Notes: a model not told the origin generated them from the sequence alone. 63,025 bases of DNA, filler included, from Bipalium vagum (GCA_037834085.1; 3 parts of 3 records of this genome joined end to end with filler, not necessarily neighbours in it), one strand, 5' to 3'. Counted from the whole stretch's first letter, positions 15,101 to 27,250 are shown. Numbers and translations are program-made.

Positions 15101-16346
15101 AAACAATAAAAGTTCAAGTTCAATTTTCTTCTAATAGTTTGATACCTTTTAAATATTTTTCGACATTAATGTTCCTAAACATAATTCACTTAAATAAATA
15201 TATACACACTAAAGTGACATTGAAATTCTTCACTGCAAACAAAGTTTGGTTGGGTTGTCATAATTCTTATGTTAAGAAAAAGAAATATTGACTTCGATAA
15301 TCCTTTCAATCACTATTCAAATGATACTTTTCAGTTAGTATAATATAACATAGTTGGTATCTGACCATAAAAATAATCCGCAGAATTTCGAAATATTGAA
15401 AATCTATTATAAATAATTTCATGTATAGAATTTTATAACGAAATTATTGTTTCCTTTTAAATATGCTCTCCCGTTTTCCATTTCACTTGAGTTTAGTAGG
15501 TTATCAAACTTATAGCCAGTCTATTCCGAACAGTAAATACAGAAAGCCCAACTTGATGAAGATGAAGCACAACCTTTCCGCTAACACCGTGGTGCAGCAA
15601 TATTTAGATGAACTTAACTCCATCCTCACCACAAATCAAGATCAAAATAAAATATCAAAAGCCGCTCTTCTTCACAAAGCATCTGAGTGTATTAAACGAT
15701 TGCGAAATGAAAAATACCAGATTCAATCTGAAATAATAGCTTTGCAAAACGAAATCGACGCGCTCCAAAACCGATTCAGGTATCGTTTCTCCTTCAGTTT
15801 TTATTTTCTATTTTGCTTTTAGAAGATAGATTTATTGATTTTTAGTATATATCTTGTATTTTATTATCTGCTCGAAACTCGGGCTCTTTGCCTTTCTCTT
15901 ATTTGTGTCAAAGTTTTTATCAACTGTAGAAGAAAAATGAATATCAAAGTGAACTGTTTTTAAATAATTAATGCCACTTCCTCTTGTCGACAAACTCAAA
16001 AACCATACCTGTACCATTTCGGTCGCTCGCTGTTTCTGCTGTAGATCTTCATCTAGAAGTCAGAAAATAGAAAATAATAATTAATTCCCAAAAAACTATT
16101 TATTTTCAATAGAGAATATTTTATTATGATTACAATTTAATGATTATTTTTTAACTACTTCCCTTACGCTATCAGTAAATTTTTATTTTTAGATAATTTG
16201 TAGTGTTCGTTTCATTTTATCAATAATAATGCTATGATTTTAATTACTTTCAAGCGAATCTTAAGATAATTCAAGGATGCTTAAAACTTGATGAGATGGT
16301 TTTCGGTACATTATTGACCTGTCTTTGATGATGAAAATCGATAATG

Positions 16347-16396
<50 letters not shown>

Positions 16397-19300
16397 AACA
16401 ATAATAAATAATAATAAAAATATATTATTAAAGAACTAGGTTTAATAATATATAATAATAATGATTATTAATAACTACAAAAGGACTAAATCTTAATAGT
16501 TTACAAAAGACCCAAGATAAAATTGATTTTTTGACAATGTTGGACTTCATGTTATCATCAGATGCTAAAATTCATTTTTACTTGACATTATATGACAATT
16601 GACATTGTGCATTATGACAATAAAGCTTATCTGTATCAGTTCTTGCGTGGTACTGGTGGTATTTCACTGTCACCAAACATGTTCTGTGGTTACGTAACAT
16701 ACGAGGGTGCGTTTTCATTCTGTTTATAATCATTTTTGAACATTGGTTTGACTTGTTTCTCTTATCATTCTGATTCTTGTATCTTGTTAATTCGTGAACT
16801 TTACTTTCGTACACAGTTTTAGATAATAAGAAAAGAAATGTCAAAATTTGTTTTTGTCAATTTTTACGGTGCTGAGATTTATTTATTTTTACACTGCCAA
16901 AATAAAACCTGCACGTAGATTTTGTTCTTTTGGGTTTCCTCTACTCATTTCAGTCAAGTATGTGGTTTTTGATTAATTTTGGCCATATGAATTTTAATCA
17001 TAAAGTGAAATTGGTATATTTTTTCAGTCGTCGACTTTGCTTTAGTAGGCTCTTTCAATCAATAATGTATTAATAGATATTTTGCTAATGTTAAGAGTTG
17101 CTTATTGTTTTATATCTTTTTCTGTTGAAAAACGGGCCCTGTGGCTTATCAGCATGATAACAGAAAATTTCTTTTTCACTCTTGTTTTTCTGTTAATTTC
17201 TCATGGAATTTTGTTTATTATCATTCATAACTCGACCATACTTTAGAAGAATATCATTTGAGGGCTACGCACACAGATCAACAGAAAATGCTGTACAGTT
17301 AATGTTTCCTTTGGAAATAGTTTGGCAAGTGCACCTCAATTTGAAAGTTTTTCGTCTCTGCAGATAATTTTTCACGATAATTAATTCCAGTAAATATTCA
17401 ATATTAAAAAATTTTCAGAAATAAATAAATCTTATAGTCTTATTTTCAATATACCGTATCAGTACATTATGTTGAAATCAATAAAAATGTTTTCTTTAAA
17501 TTTAAAAATAGTTGAAATTTATTTTTTTCTCTCTAAGCTCTACTTTTATTTACTAAAATCATTTTGAAATACTTATTATTATTATTATCACTTTTATTGT
17601 TGTTGTTTTCTTGTTTATAACGGCTGTTAAGAATTCCAAGTCTTCTGTTCCTTCAGTTTTTATGGTATAACTCAAGTGTTTTACTGATCTAAGTCAATTT
17701 ATTCAACAATATATCAAATATTAAATCTGTAGCCACCAAACGTTTCTAAATAGATAAATTTAAAATTACGAATAATTAATAAGATTATAAAAAATAATTA
17801 AATAAATAGATTTTTAATATAATAATAATAATATAATTTAAATATTAATAATTAAATAATCTAAAAAAATGATTATGAGAGTACCAAACCAACATTTTAC
17901 ATAGCCCAATTCTTGATGACTAAAAGTTATGAGAAAAAGGTTCAACATATTTTTTTAGTTAAAAATGTGTTAGTATCCATTTTGATTTAACTGCTGTATT
18001 TCCCGTTTGTTTTAAATTATAATTTTACTCTTCAGAAACAAAATTTTGAAATTATTTAACTTATTAAAAATTATAATTTCGTAATCAGAATAATCAAAAT
18101 GTTATCAATTATTTTCAAAATTTTATGAAACGAGAAATTCATCAATTTTAATACATAACAACGTACGTATTGCCTTCGCAAAAATTTCTTATAAATTACA
18201 TGTTAATAGAAATTTTTAAAAATCAATATCCATGACCTTGGTGTGAGCCTTTTGTTCTTTTTTATATATTAAAATTAGAGTTATAATTTTAAAAAAAATA
18301 ATAAAATTAACCTTGAAATAAATCATTAAAACAATTTATAAATACGACTAAATTATAAATTATAAATCAACTAATTTTTCAACCATTTAGTTTATATTTT
18401 ATAAATATATATTTATATATGTTTATATTTTATATTTTTTTTTATATTTATTTTTCTTAACTTTCTATTGTCCTAAAGTTGAGTAAAGGATTTTTTCCTT
18501 ATAATCAATTTTATCATACAATTACATATCTTATCCTTGTGCTAATGATTTTTTATCAATTTCTTATTTCATATTTGAACTTATTACATAAATGAAATTG
18601 TTTATTTAGTGTTTTTTGTTCTCAACTTCCTGCCACAGGAGTGTGCTTGAACTCTAATCGGAGTTCTGAAGGTCGAAAGTGGTTCGATGAATTTGTCATT
18701 AAATCCAGTGCAACGAACTGGAAATTCTACATAGTAATGTTCTGTGATACCGTTAAACATAACTCATTTTTCTCAAGTTCTGCATGATGTTTGAAAATTT
18801 GTTTTCCTCATACAACAATTCCGTGAACACGCTTTCCATGGAGGCATTAGCCCACAATGTGGCCTCGTGGCTGGAAAAGGAATGCTCTTTGATGAAGCTG
18901 AGATTAAGTAATTTATTATTTCAATTTTATGTAATGAATTTTTGATAAAATCCGCTATTTTTGGTTGGTTATTGAATGGTGATGGTAGTTTTTAAAATAC
19001 TTTTATAATTTAAATTTTTTTGCTGGTAAATAATTGAAATATTCTTAAGGATAATAGGGAAGATAATTGTTGTGTTCCGCGATGGTAATTGTTCTTATTT
19101 CCAACAACAATAAAAACAGTGAATTTTCTGTAACTTTAAGTTTTTTCATAGAAGAGTGTTTATATTTTTAATTTTATTATTGTCACTAATATTAAAATTC
19201 TGTTTCTATTCCTTTTTAGATTGCAATACATGGAATATCCTATTTAGGGCTTTATTCTTATAAATATTGTAGATCTATGAATCTTTCAACATCATTTTTG

Positions 19301-20560
19301 AAGATCAAACTCAACTGTAAATGAATGATATTTTTAAAAGATCTAAATATCGGAAAATTGATTTTTAATTAAAATTTTTAACTTCATAAAAAAATTTGGA
19401 AGTTAACCAAAAGTGGAAAAAAACCTTTTTTGAATTCGTTGTGAATTCAACAGACGATTTGATCTTTATCATAATTTAACAAAAGCCCCTCGCAGTAGGT
19501 CTGGAATCACAATTGTTTTCGGAGATTTGAGAACACGCTTTGAATTAAATTCTTGTCCTTTCGTTTTGTGATCTTCCAATGGATTTTGAATAGAATTCGA
19601 AGGTAAACATATTTGAGAATCAGTTCCACATTTACTGGACAAATAACAAAATTTCAAATATTTCTACATTTGCAAATCACTTGATTTGAAATACAATGAA
19701 TTCTTTATAAAATCGTTGACGTTACGGACATTAGTTGATAGCCGATATAACAGCTGCAACATACAAAAACCAGATTTGTGCCAAAAAAACACAATGATTG
19801 TTGGTTGGTGGTCTACGATTGAGTCGATACTTCTTTTCTTTCTGGATCCGTGTTAAAAACTAACAGCGTAAACAAAGATTGTGTTGAACATGTAATAATG
19901 AACGAGTAAAAGACCTGAATTGGTCAATAGAATTTTTTTAATCCTGCTATATGATTCAAAGATAATTAAGCAAAACCTGAGAGAACTTAAGATTTGAAAC
20001 TTGTCATATTATCCATTTTTACGTCATTCCTTAGTCAAATTAATGGGAATTGTAATGTCCTCTAAGGAATCTAAGGTTGAATTTCTAACTCGTCATAAAA
20101 ATATTCATTTTTTATATTTATTTTATGAATATGAATGTACAAATTTTTATTCAAGTGCATAAAGATATTAACGTCGACGTCCACTCTTTCTCTCAATCTT
20201 TCAAAATTCTTTCTATTTTCCATTGTGATGCTTAATATTATTATTTCAGCTGTCATAAATGGTATGAGAACCTTAAGCAGGAAAACGTCTATTGTTCATA
20301 ACCCAAAAAAGGTCATGGAAGAAGTCAAGGCGTTAATATCAAACACCAGCTTTTCGCATAATAATAATAATAATCAAGATGCCTCAAAATGGTCATCGTC
20401 ATTATCATCTGATAACAAGCCAGTCAATTCCTTGGGGTTCTTGGATTCGGACCTCAACCAATTCAAGCAATCAAAATATGATACCAGTGACCATTGTTGG
20501 CCTCAAATGATTGCACATCACTCTCGATTAGGAAACACGCCCGATAATACGGAAATATAG
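1002..20560 (+). CDS. MLXIP: Mondo/MLXIP/ChREBP-family bHLH-Zip transcription factor, spliced: join(1002-1326,2567-2640,5234-5929,11248-11419,15497-15779,18610-18733,18778-18907,20250-20560), about 704 aa
   Basis: All junctions are GT-AG and phase-consistent; the exons total 2115 nt. Family motifs appear in order: IYSGQFMIS, IDGSLQKMF..GKITNPKW..FKG..KDKIRLNNIIWREYHMQF, QFASPL, VVLEGKYWKRK..YKKWR, QPQLTNLQP, KISKAALLHKA plus zipper, QLPATGV, NWKFYIF, WLEKECSL, TVINGMRTLSRKTSI. Confidence 0.9.
2567..2640 (+). CDS. MLXIP: Mondo exon 2
   Basis: tttcag acceptor; (F)VKKLKPVVVQFASPLTDITPMILG; donor GTAAGT at 2641. Confidence 0.88.
3960..5130 (-). mobile_element. highly degenerate Gypsy-like pol remnant in Mondo intron 2
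   Basis: Only weak RT/RNase H-like peptide scraps on the minus strand, with many stops; tentative. Confidence 0.25.
5234..5929 (+). CDS. MLXIP: Mondo exon 3 (MCR IV onward and Ser-rich linker)
   Basis: cgcag acceptor; TVVLEGKYWKRKNDIIIDQYKKWREF, in frame with ORF 5381-5959; probable donor AAG|GTAGTC. Confidence 0.85.
6100..6160. repeat. (AAT)n microsatellite
   Basis: About 20 perfect AAT units. Confidence 0.95.
6700..7600 (+). mobile_element. decayed Tc1/mariner-superfamily transposase
   Basis: KHQPYK*QIGQLL, VIEPFFF..VYGDRYRPMI, LQQD*APPH, WPVCSSDLTPRDF*LW (compare WPPRSPDLTPLDFFLW). Confidence 0.75.
7860..8491 (-). mobile_element. decayed mariner transposase, N-terminal part
   Basis: MIE*QIRRGIWYLFKL...FNKFR HTH; IPHD; VKCDAQ*IAYDYR..QWLDTDE (compare VTCDEKWIxYDN..QW). 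Confidence 0.7.
8850..9900 (-). mobile_element. possible LINE (RTE-like) endonuclease remnant
   Basis: Weak YAPT-like (NAPTNN) and NGxRL-like scraps; heavily decayed. Confidence 0.25.
11248..11419 (+). CDS. MLXIP: Mondo exon 4 (Ser/Gln-rich, poorly conserved)
   Basis: GC-richer island; ctttcag acceptor; open frame PISSTTVGQSH...NPSI; donor GTAAGC; phases (0 in, 1 out) bridge exons 3 and 5. Confidence 0.65.
11810..12585 (+). mobile_element. decayed mariner transposase
   Basis: IIIGDET*VYQY..KRPRQSYSKIKIM; HDNAQFH; APLSPYMNPCDFCLF (D,D34D type). Confidence 0.8.
13473..13770 (-). mobile_element. mariner N-terminal HTH fragment
   Basis: EAVKTINQVFGNSTGNEYTIKRWYVKY. Confidence 0.65.
14086..14998 (+). 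mobile_element. internally deleted pogo/Tigger-like element (DDE_1)
   Basis: LVLDSMSTY, IVIIPGELTSRL, VVNHSLKSFVNKKWNE; the right end reads ...cgcgaaaatacggta, a pogo-type TIR. Confidence 0.7.
15497..15779 (+). CDS. MLXIP: Mondo exon 5 (bHLH-leucine zipper, degenerate basic region)
   Basis: LDELNSIL..KISKAALLHKASECIKRLRNEK..LQNEIDALQ; tandem TAGTAG acceptor (exon start 15497 or 15500); donor AG|GTATCG. Confidence 0.88.
16341..16395. repeat. (AAT)n directly followed by (ATT)n, a self-complementary microsatellite
   Basis: ...aataataataatattattattatt... Confidence 0.85.
16850..17340 (-). mobile_element. possible piggyBac-like remnant
   Basis: GNINCTAFSVDLC (compare NITxDNFFTSV) and KKKFSVIML-like scraps; weak. 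Confidence 0.25.
18610..18733 (+). CDS. MLXIP: Mondo exon 6 (start of DCD)
   Basis: atttag acceptor; SVFCSQLPATGV...WFDEFV..TNWKFYI; donor GTAATG. Confidence 0.9.
18778..18907 (+). CDS. MLXIP: Mondo exon 7 (DCD)
   Basis: FCMMFENLFSSYNNSVNT...SWLEKECSLMKLRL, after a 44-nt intron; donor GTAATT. Confidence 0.88.
19380..20040 (+). mobile_element. decayed mariner transposase in Mondo intron 7
   Basis: PDLCQKNTMIVGWWS..LLFFLDP (compare PKLHQKKVMVTVWW), LVNR. Confidence 0.55.
20250..20560 (+). CDS. MLXIP: Mondo exon 8 (end of DCD plus C-terminal extension, stop)
   Basis: atttcag acceptor; TVINGMRTLSRKTSIVHNPKKVMEEV; TAG at 20558-20560. Confidence 0.87.
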
Positions 20561-21879
20561 GCAGCCTGAACTGCCAAATCATTAATTATCGCCCACTGGT
20601 GATCATTGATGAAGCTGGAATTTTGATAATTTTCTAAAGTGAAATGCTAAACAAAGTCACATGATATTTGTATATAAACATATTCCGTGTTTATTGTCTA
20701 TTAACGGTTGTCCGAGTTTATTATTATTACTTGTTATGGAGGTGATATGTGAGGCAACTTTGATCGAAATGAATTTTCCACTTTCATTATTATTATTATT
20801 ATTTGTTTTTTAAGTTTCCTTTTAAGATAATTATCAGTAACCTAAATGGAAATAATTATTTACTTTTCCACAAAAAATATTACCATCTCTTTTAAAGGGT
20901 TTAATGAATGAACTTTTTAATTGAATTTTAGGAAACGCTAATTGAATTCGGGTCGATCTGACATTGTTGAACAATATTTTTACCTTTCTCATTTAATTTC
21001 TTTATTGATGATATTGGTTATAAAAATTGAAATCTTTTTTTTTAAAAATTCTAAGTCCTTGGTATTTTGATTCTTAAAGTCAAAGTTTTGGCATTGCTAT
21101 TTTTACTTCAATAAAAATGAAATTTTATAAATCTCCGACCTCTTTGGTTTAATCCACGTATTTTATTTTTTGGCTTACATAATATTTCTTAAATTATAAA
21201 ATTTTTAATAAGATAAATGTTCAAATTATTTTTTATGAGCCAAACTTTGAAGAATTCAATATTAATATTTAGGTCACTAACATTTATACCTAAGGGTCAA
21301 AAATAACTGAAATTTAATTTATTAATAAATTTAAACTTTGCTGTACTATTGAAGCATATTTTCTGAAATATATTTATACTTCATGAAACCTCAATCTAAT
21401 CTACTTTTATGAATCACTCTGTTTTAGCTATAATGCATAATATTTTTCGAACACTGATCTAACGTAATCCGATTGGTGCGTTATGGTTTTAGTATCTATA
21501 TTTAATTGCTTTTACAAGCTATTGTGTAACAAAAAGATTAAGTTAATAATTAAGGAAAATAGCTTAGAAGAATTTTTTAAAAATTGGTGTGTACAATCAT
21601 GATCCCGGTGATCCCATTGATTGATAATGCCAGGAGAATCGGTGACTTCAAGCTGACTACTGGGGTTGAGATCGTGGAGCTTCTCTTCAAAGCTGATGGT
21701 TGCTTTGATAACGCATGTTCAGGGAAAGATCCTCTTTGAGTGTAGCCTGCATATTCATTCATTCTTTTTATTGTCATCGGAAGGTTTTTTCTGAAACATG
21801 GAGTGAATATGAGGATTTAACTCCTATCGAGTCATCTAATTATCCCTATTGATGCTGTTTTCTGTTAGATAAATCTGAT

Positions 21880-22467
21880 AAATACATATGGCTGCAGCAG
21901 AAATGGAAAGGTATGAATATCAAGCAAGAATTCAGTACTCCCTATCAACACAAATCCAATGGTCTTGTGGAGAGGATAATAAGAACAATTCCAGACATGA
22001 TAACTGCTTCAATAAAGAGTGATTGTGAAGAACAGGAGTGGCACGAACTTCTATCGATGATCGAGTTTAGCATTAATGCTACACAGCAAAGCTCAACAAA
22101 ATTCTCACCGTTTGAAATTGTCTACGGTCACAAAGTGAATATCCATTCGGTATTGGAAGAGGTTATTGGGATTCAGACGGATATCACAAAGGAAGTGAAA
22201 ATAAATTTGGATGCAGTTGCAGATAACATGGATCAATTCGAAACGAGCAAACGCGGACAATGAATTTTCTCGATTTGAGATTCAGTGTTGGTCAGGGTAG
22301 AACCACACAAGAGGAAGAATGATTTTCAATATGAAGGGCCCTACGAAATTTCGCTTTACTTGTCTCCTAATCAAGTGAAACTAAAAGGTCCAGATGACAT
22401 CAAGCAGAGAAGAATAGAATGGTTGAATAGATGGTCGTCTTCTTGTCCGAATGGCGAGTTACACTAA
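21880..22467 (+). mobile_element. Gypsy/Ty3 integrase C-terminal remnant with GPY/F motif
   Basis: STPYQHKSNGLVERIIRTI...IEFSINAT..TKFSPFEIVYG; VLVR..YEGPYEI. Confidence 0.85.
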
Positions 22468-22828
22468 ATTTGTTTGTTTGAATATTAAATAAATAGTCTT
22501 AAAATCCAACTTGTTGTGATGTAATTAAAAGATTTAACTAAGAATCTATTTTAGAATTAGTTATTAACATTGAATTTTATTTCAAATTTAATCATAATGC
22601 AAAATTCCATTTCTACCTAATCTATGGTTTTATAGTCTATGATTCAATTGCTAATCAATCAATGCCGATTTGTTGATTGTTTAAATTGATGGTATTCACT
22701 GGTTACTACTGTAAATTAAAATCTGGTTTAACATTCTAAGTATCTACAATACTTGTTTCACACCTCTAAAACAACGGTCTATTTTATTAATATTCCATGA
22801 GTATTTTTTATGTTTATTTCATTTAGAA

Positions 22829-24260
22829 ATGAACCCAATGTCTAACAGTAGTATAATTACTGGGAGAAATAACAAAAGTTCTTCAATATTCAAAGGAATA
22901 CTTAAAATGGGGCTTCATACCAGCCAACCATGATAAACATTTACCTTTCGTTTATTTACATTTCCTTTTATGCCAGCAATGATTGTCTAATGAATCAATG
23001 AAAAAAGGTCGTCTTCAGGCGCATTAATGGTGAAACATAGTGCATATGTAGATTCAGATTTACATTATTTCAAGTCTTTAAATGATAAGTTTGAAAAGCG
23101 GTCACCTATAAAGTCTCTGTTCAATGCACAGACTATTTCAATCAGTTGTAAAATTGTGGCTAACTATAAAATTTCCCTACTCATTGCTATATCTGGGAAA
23201 AATTATACCATAGGGGAGGAATTACCAGCAATATCTGAATATGTCAAAACAGTTCTGGAAAAAGATAACAGAGATGCGAAAGTCATTTCACTTAGTAATG
23301 ATAGTGTCAGAAGAAGAATAGATGAAATGAACAATGACATTGAAACACAATTTGTTGAAAGACTAAAATCAAGAAATTTTTCACGACAGCTGGATGAATT
23401 AACTGTAGGAGATAGAGGCCATATTGCTAACCTATGTAAGATATATTGATAAAGATGAATTTGCTGAAGAACTGTTATTCTGCAAATCTATAAAGACCAC
23501 CACTACTGCCTCTGATATATACAAAAAAGCTCAAAGACTATTTGAATACCAATAGCATACCAATGGAAAACATGTCATCTTGTGCTCCAGATGGTGCTCC
23601 AGTTATTATGGGGAAGAAATCTATCTGCTTAAAATAAATGAAAGATGCGAATCCTGACATGGTTCTTGTTCACTGCGTTATTCATAGAGAGAACTTAGTG
23701 GCCAAACATTTTCCTCCTGTGCTTAATGATATTATGGAATTAGTAATAAAAATTATCAATGCCATCAAAGCCAATGACAGATATCAGCTTCTTTTCAAGC
23801 AGTTTTGTAGAGATGAGAATGCAGACCATATGAGACTTTTACTTCACACTGAGGTCAGGTGGCTGTCGAAAGTTAATTGCTTAAAAAGACTCATAAAATT
23901 ATTTAATGTTCTTGGTGAATTTTTAAGGGACGAAATTGAAATGAAAAATCTACTAACCACTGAGAACAAAGCATTTTTCAGTTACTTGGCAAATATTTTC
24001 GTAAAACTGAATGTGTTGAATTAACAGCTTCGGGTACAAACAAAACTCTTGTTGATACAAACACAAAGATATTTGGCTTCATCACATTATTAGACTTATG
24101 TCAAAAACAAAGAAAGAAACTTTGAACTGTTTCATTCGCCAAAAAAGTGAGATAATTGATGCTGCTGTGCTTGTTATTGTGAATCATCTGAAAATATTGA
24201 CATCTGATTTTAATGAAAGATTTTCTGATTTGAAGCTAATTTCCATCATGGGTACACCGA
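22829..24260 (+). pseudogene. hAT (Buster/ZBED5-ZBED8-like) transposase pseudogene
   Basis: QYSKEYLKWGF, LSNESMK, SLSNDSVRRRIDEM, FSRQLDE, DGAPVIMG, HCVIHRENL, LLLHTEVRWLS; frameshifts and stops. Confidence 0.9.
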
Positions 24261-24519
24261 AAATTAAATAGGTATCTTTTGATTTTGAATTTTATTTAGA
24301 AAAATAAAAAATCGTAAAATTCTAAAATAAATACTAGAAATAGCTAATGAATATAAAAAAATAAATACAAAATATACAAAAATTATAAAAATATGAAACT
24401 TGTATGATTTAAAAATTAAAAGACGAAGACATTGCAAAATTGAATTTAAACGTTTAGGTTCTATGTTTATTTTCTTTCTTAATTTTAACACTACTTATAC
24501 GTCTTTTTTATTTAATATA

Positions 24520-25375
24520 TATTAGGGGCTATTTTCCATATATGACTTTCAACTATTTCGTTCTATGAAGAACATTCTTTCGGGTACGTGATTCAAGAAT
24601 ATTGAAGAGGTTAATAAATTCATCGACAACTTCATTCTACTTAAGAACAAAGACTTCTTTCATCGGGGTATCCATCTCTAACCTGAAAGACTGGAAAGTT
24701 GTGAATAATGACGGAAAATATTTTGATTGAATGTGTTATTAATAATAAAAATTATTCGTTTTAAAATGATGTGAAAGTATGCATACCCCTAATACATATC
24801 CACTATTCTATGCAAAAAAGGCTTTGGTTTGTGTCTATTGAGAAACGAAAGACAAGTAATGAGTTGATTGGTAATGTTCTTTTCGGATAAATTATCAGGA
24901 ACTAATTTTCCTACTTTATGAATCTTTCCCAACTGATGTAACAGTCGAATTATAGTACTTTGGTTAACATGTAACCTTCTTGCAAATTCTACACCTGATT
25001 GAGTAGAATCCTCTTTCAAAAGTGCTTCCCAGTCCTTCGAGCTCATCTCATGTGGCCGTCCAGTGCGTTCTTTATACCTGAAATCAAAATCATTGCTTTT
25101 GAAGCATCGAAACCATTGAGAACATATGTATTGCAAATGGTCCGAGTTACAATGTTTTGCTATGATTAAACAAGAACATAAATTGGCGTATATGCATTTT
25201 ATTTACTTCCATTATAACTTTTGCAAACGATTTGGTAAATTTATATTCATTTTCAAATTAATGCTATAAATATAATCAATATTGACTTACTTAAAAAAAA
25301 TACAAATTTTTAAATGTAATATTATTTAAATTCCACATATACATCAGCGCTATGAACTTATGCAAACTTTTAATA
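24520..25375. mobile_element. rearranged mariner: 5' half on the minus strand (25212-24795), 3' end inverted on the plus strand (24530-24794)
   Basis: Minus: MEVNKMHIRQFM..QWFRCFK..RTGRP..GKLVP..FLHRIV. Plus: DFQLFRSMKNILSG..FFHRGIH..VVNNDGKYFD*. TIR-like copies at 24767-24794 and 25348-25375 lie in direct orientation. Confidence 0.8.
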
Positions 25376-26176
25376 GATATCATACTTAAAATTAAATTTT
25401 ATTCTATTCTAAATTATTAAAATTTTATTAGTTTTTTTTTAATCAATTAAAGCAGATTTAGTGTTATTCGTTTTCAATTAGGTCATATACTATATTTAAT
25501 TTTTTTTCTTGATTTATCTGGAATTTTTAAAAATTTAGTTATATTTTAAAAATATTAAGTGTATTAAAATTTTTAAAATCTTATAAAACCTATAAAAATA
25601 ACTGAGGAGGATCATATTATTTTAATCTTTATTAAATATTACGGACCATGGCATAGACGTAATAACTGACAAGCCAAAATAAGATCTAATAAGCAAGTCA
25701 CTCAATATATTTGCAACTAAAATTGGTATATTGTTTTGATTATTTGTTAAAGTCAAGGATCAACAGTTGTAATTAAGAATCCGAAATTGAAATTAATGCT
25801 TAAATATAATTTATTCAATTTCTTAAATTTTGAGAAATTATTTCAGCTTAAGATATGTGGTGTTTATCAAAAATTTTAAATGTGATACATCTTATATTCT
25901 CCCGTGAGTTAATCTGAAGAATAACTATTCCTCTTTATTACGATTAATTCTCTCTGAAGAACGTAATTTGCTGCTTTTCAATATTTTAAAATACTGTCCT
26001 TTTAAAATTGCAGTCCTAAATTAAACAGAAATATATTGTTAGTCGAAAATTTACTTAAAATTACATAGATACGAGCGGTTTGAAATATTTATATACATTT
26101 TGTTTTTTTATTTATTTTTAATTTGATAATTGATTTTATTGATATAACCTTAAGCTTTATATTCATTAATGCATAA

Positions 26177-26700
26177 ATGATACAACGTCGCAAGTCTTAC
26201 ACGGTGGTTTTTAAGCGTGAAGCGGTGAAGCACCGGGATGTGCATGGAACATTAGCCACAGCTAATTATTTCAATGTAACTGAAAGAATGGTTAGAAATG
26301 GGTTGCGGATAGGGATATCCTCGAGGATATGCCAGCAACAAAAAGAACCCGGCGTTACAAAAGGCCAAGTGTGGAAGAAATTGAGGATGACATTTACAAC
26401 TGGGTTTTGCAAAAGAGAAACCACAATAGAGCAGTTAAAATGATAAACAAACCAGAGCAAAGAAGTTGGCAGAAGAGCACGGTTACCACGAATTTAAGGC
26501 ATGTTCGCGTTGGTGCAACTTATTCATGGTACGAAAAAAATTGTCAGTGCGAAGAAGAACAAGTGTAGGACAAACACTGCCATGTGATCATCAGCAAAAA
26601 TAATTTTCTTTCTGGAAGTTTGTCAAAGCTGAAGCTTTAAACATTTCTCACAACTTAGGGAATATCGACGAAGTTCCTATTCCTTTGATGTCGTGTATGG
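26177..26700 (+). mobile_element. pogo (POGK-like) transposase N-terminal remnant (Brinker-like plus CENP-B HTH)
   Basis: RRKSYTVVFKREAV; EIEDDIYNWV; LSVRRRTSVGQ; GNIDEVP. Confidence 0.8.
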
Positions 26701-27248
26701 ATGCCAAGTGGCGAGACAATATAAAAATTGATTTCACTGGTATAGTACGAAACAATAATGAAAACAGTTTCTTAGATTGTTTCTCTATTTATCATCGATT
26801 TGCAAACATTTATAATCTTGTTCTGAATATGACTTGTACATTTCATATTTTTCTTTTCAAAACTTTCTTTTCAATGTTTGATTGTTCGAATTTTAAAATT
26901 TATATAAATTATGAAGTTTACATTTTATTCTTTAGTAAATTTTACTGATGAATAAAACATGTTAAAAATGCATTTTTTTCGATAAATGAAAACTAACACG
27001 ATTCACAATAAAAAGAAATCCATTCGATAAATGTGGAAACGTTTTATTATTAAATATAAAGTATCAAAAAAACATAATTTTGAGAAAATGTTTCCAATAA
27101 AAATTAGAAAATAGAAAGTAGGAATAATTGTAAATCAATAATGTAAAAGAGAACGAGATAGAGAAAAATATATACTGTGTCGTCTTGGAAACATGATAAA
27201 TGGTTTTTTATTCGTTTTTTCTTCATCGTGAATATATAAAAAAGGTCA

Positions 27249-27250
<2 letters not shown>

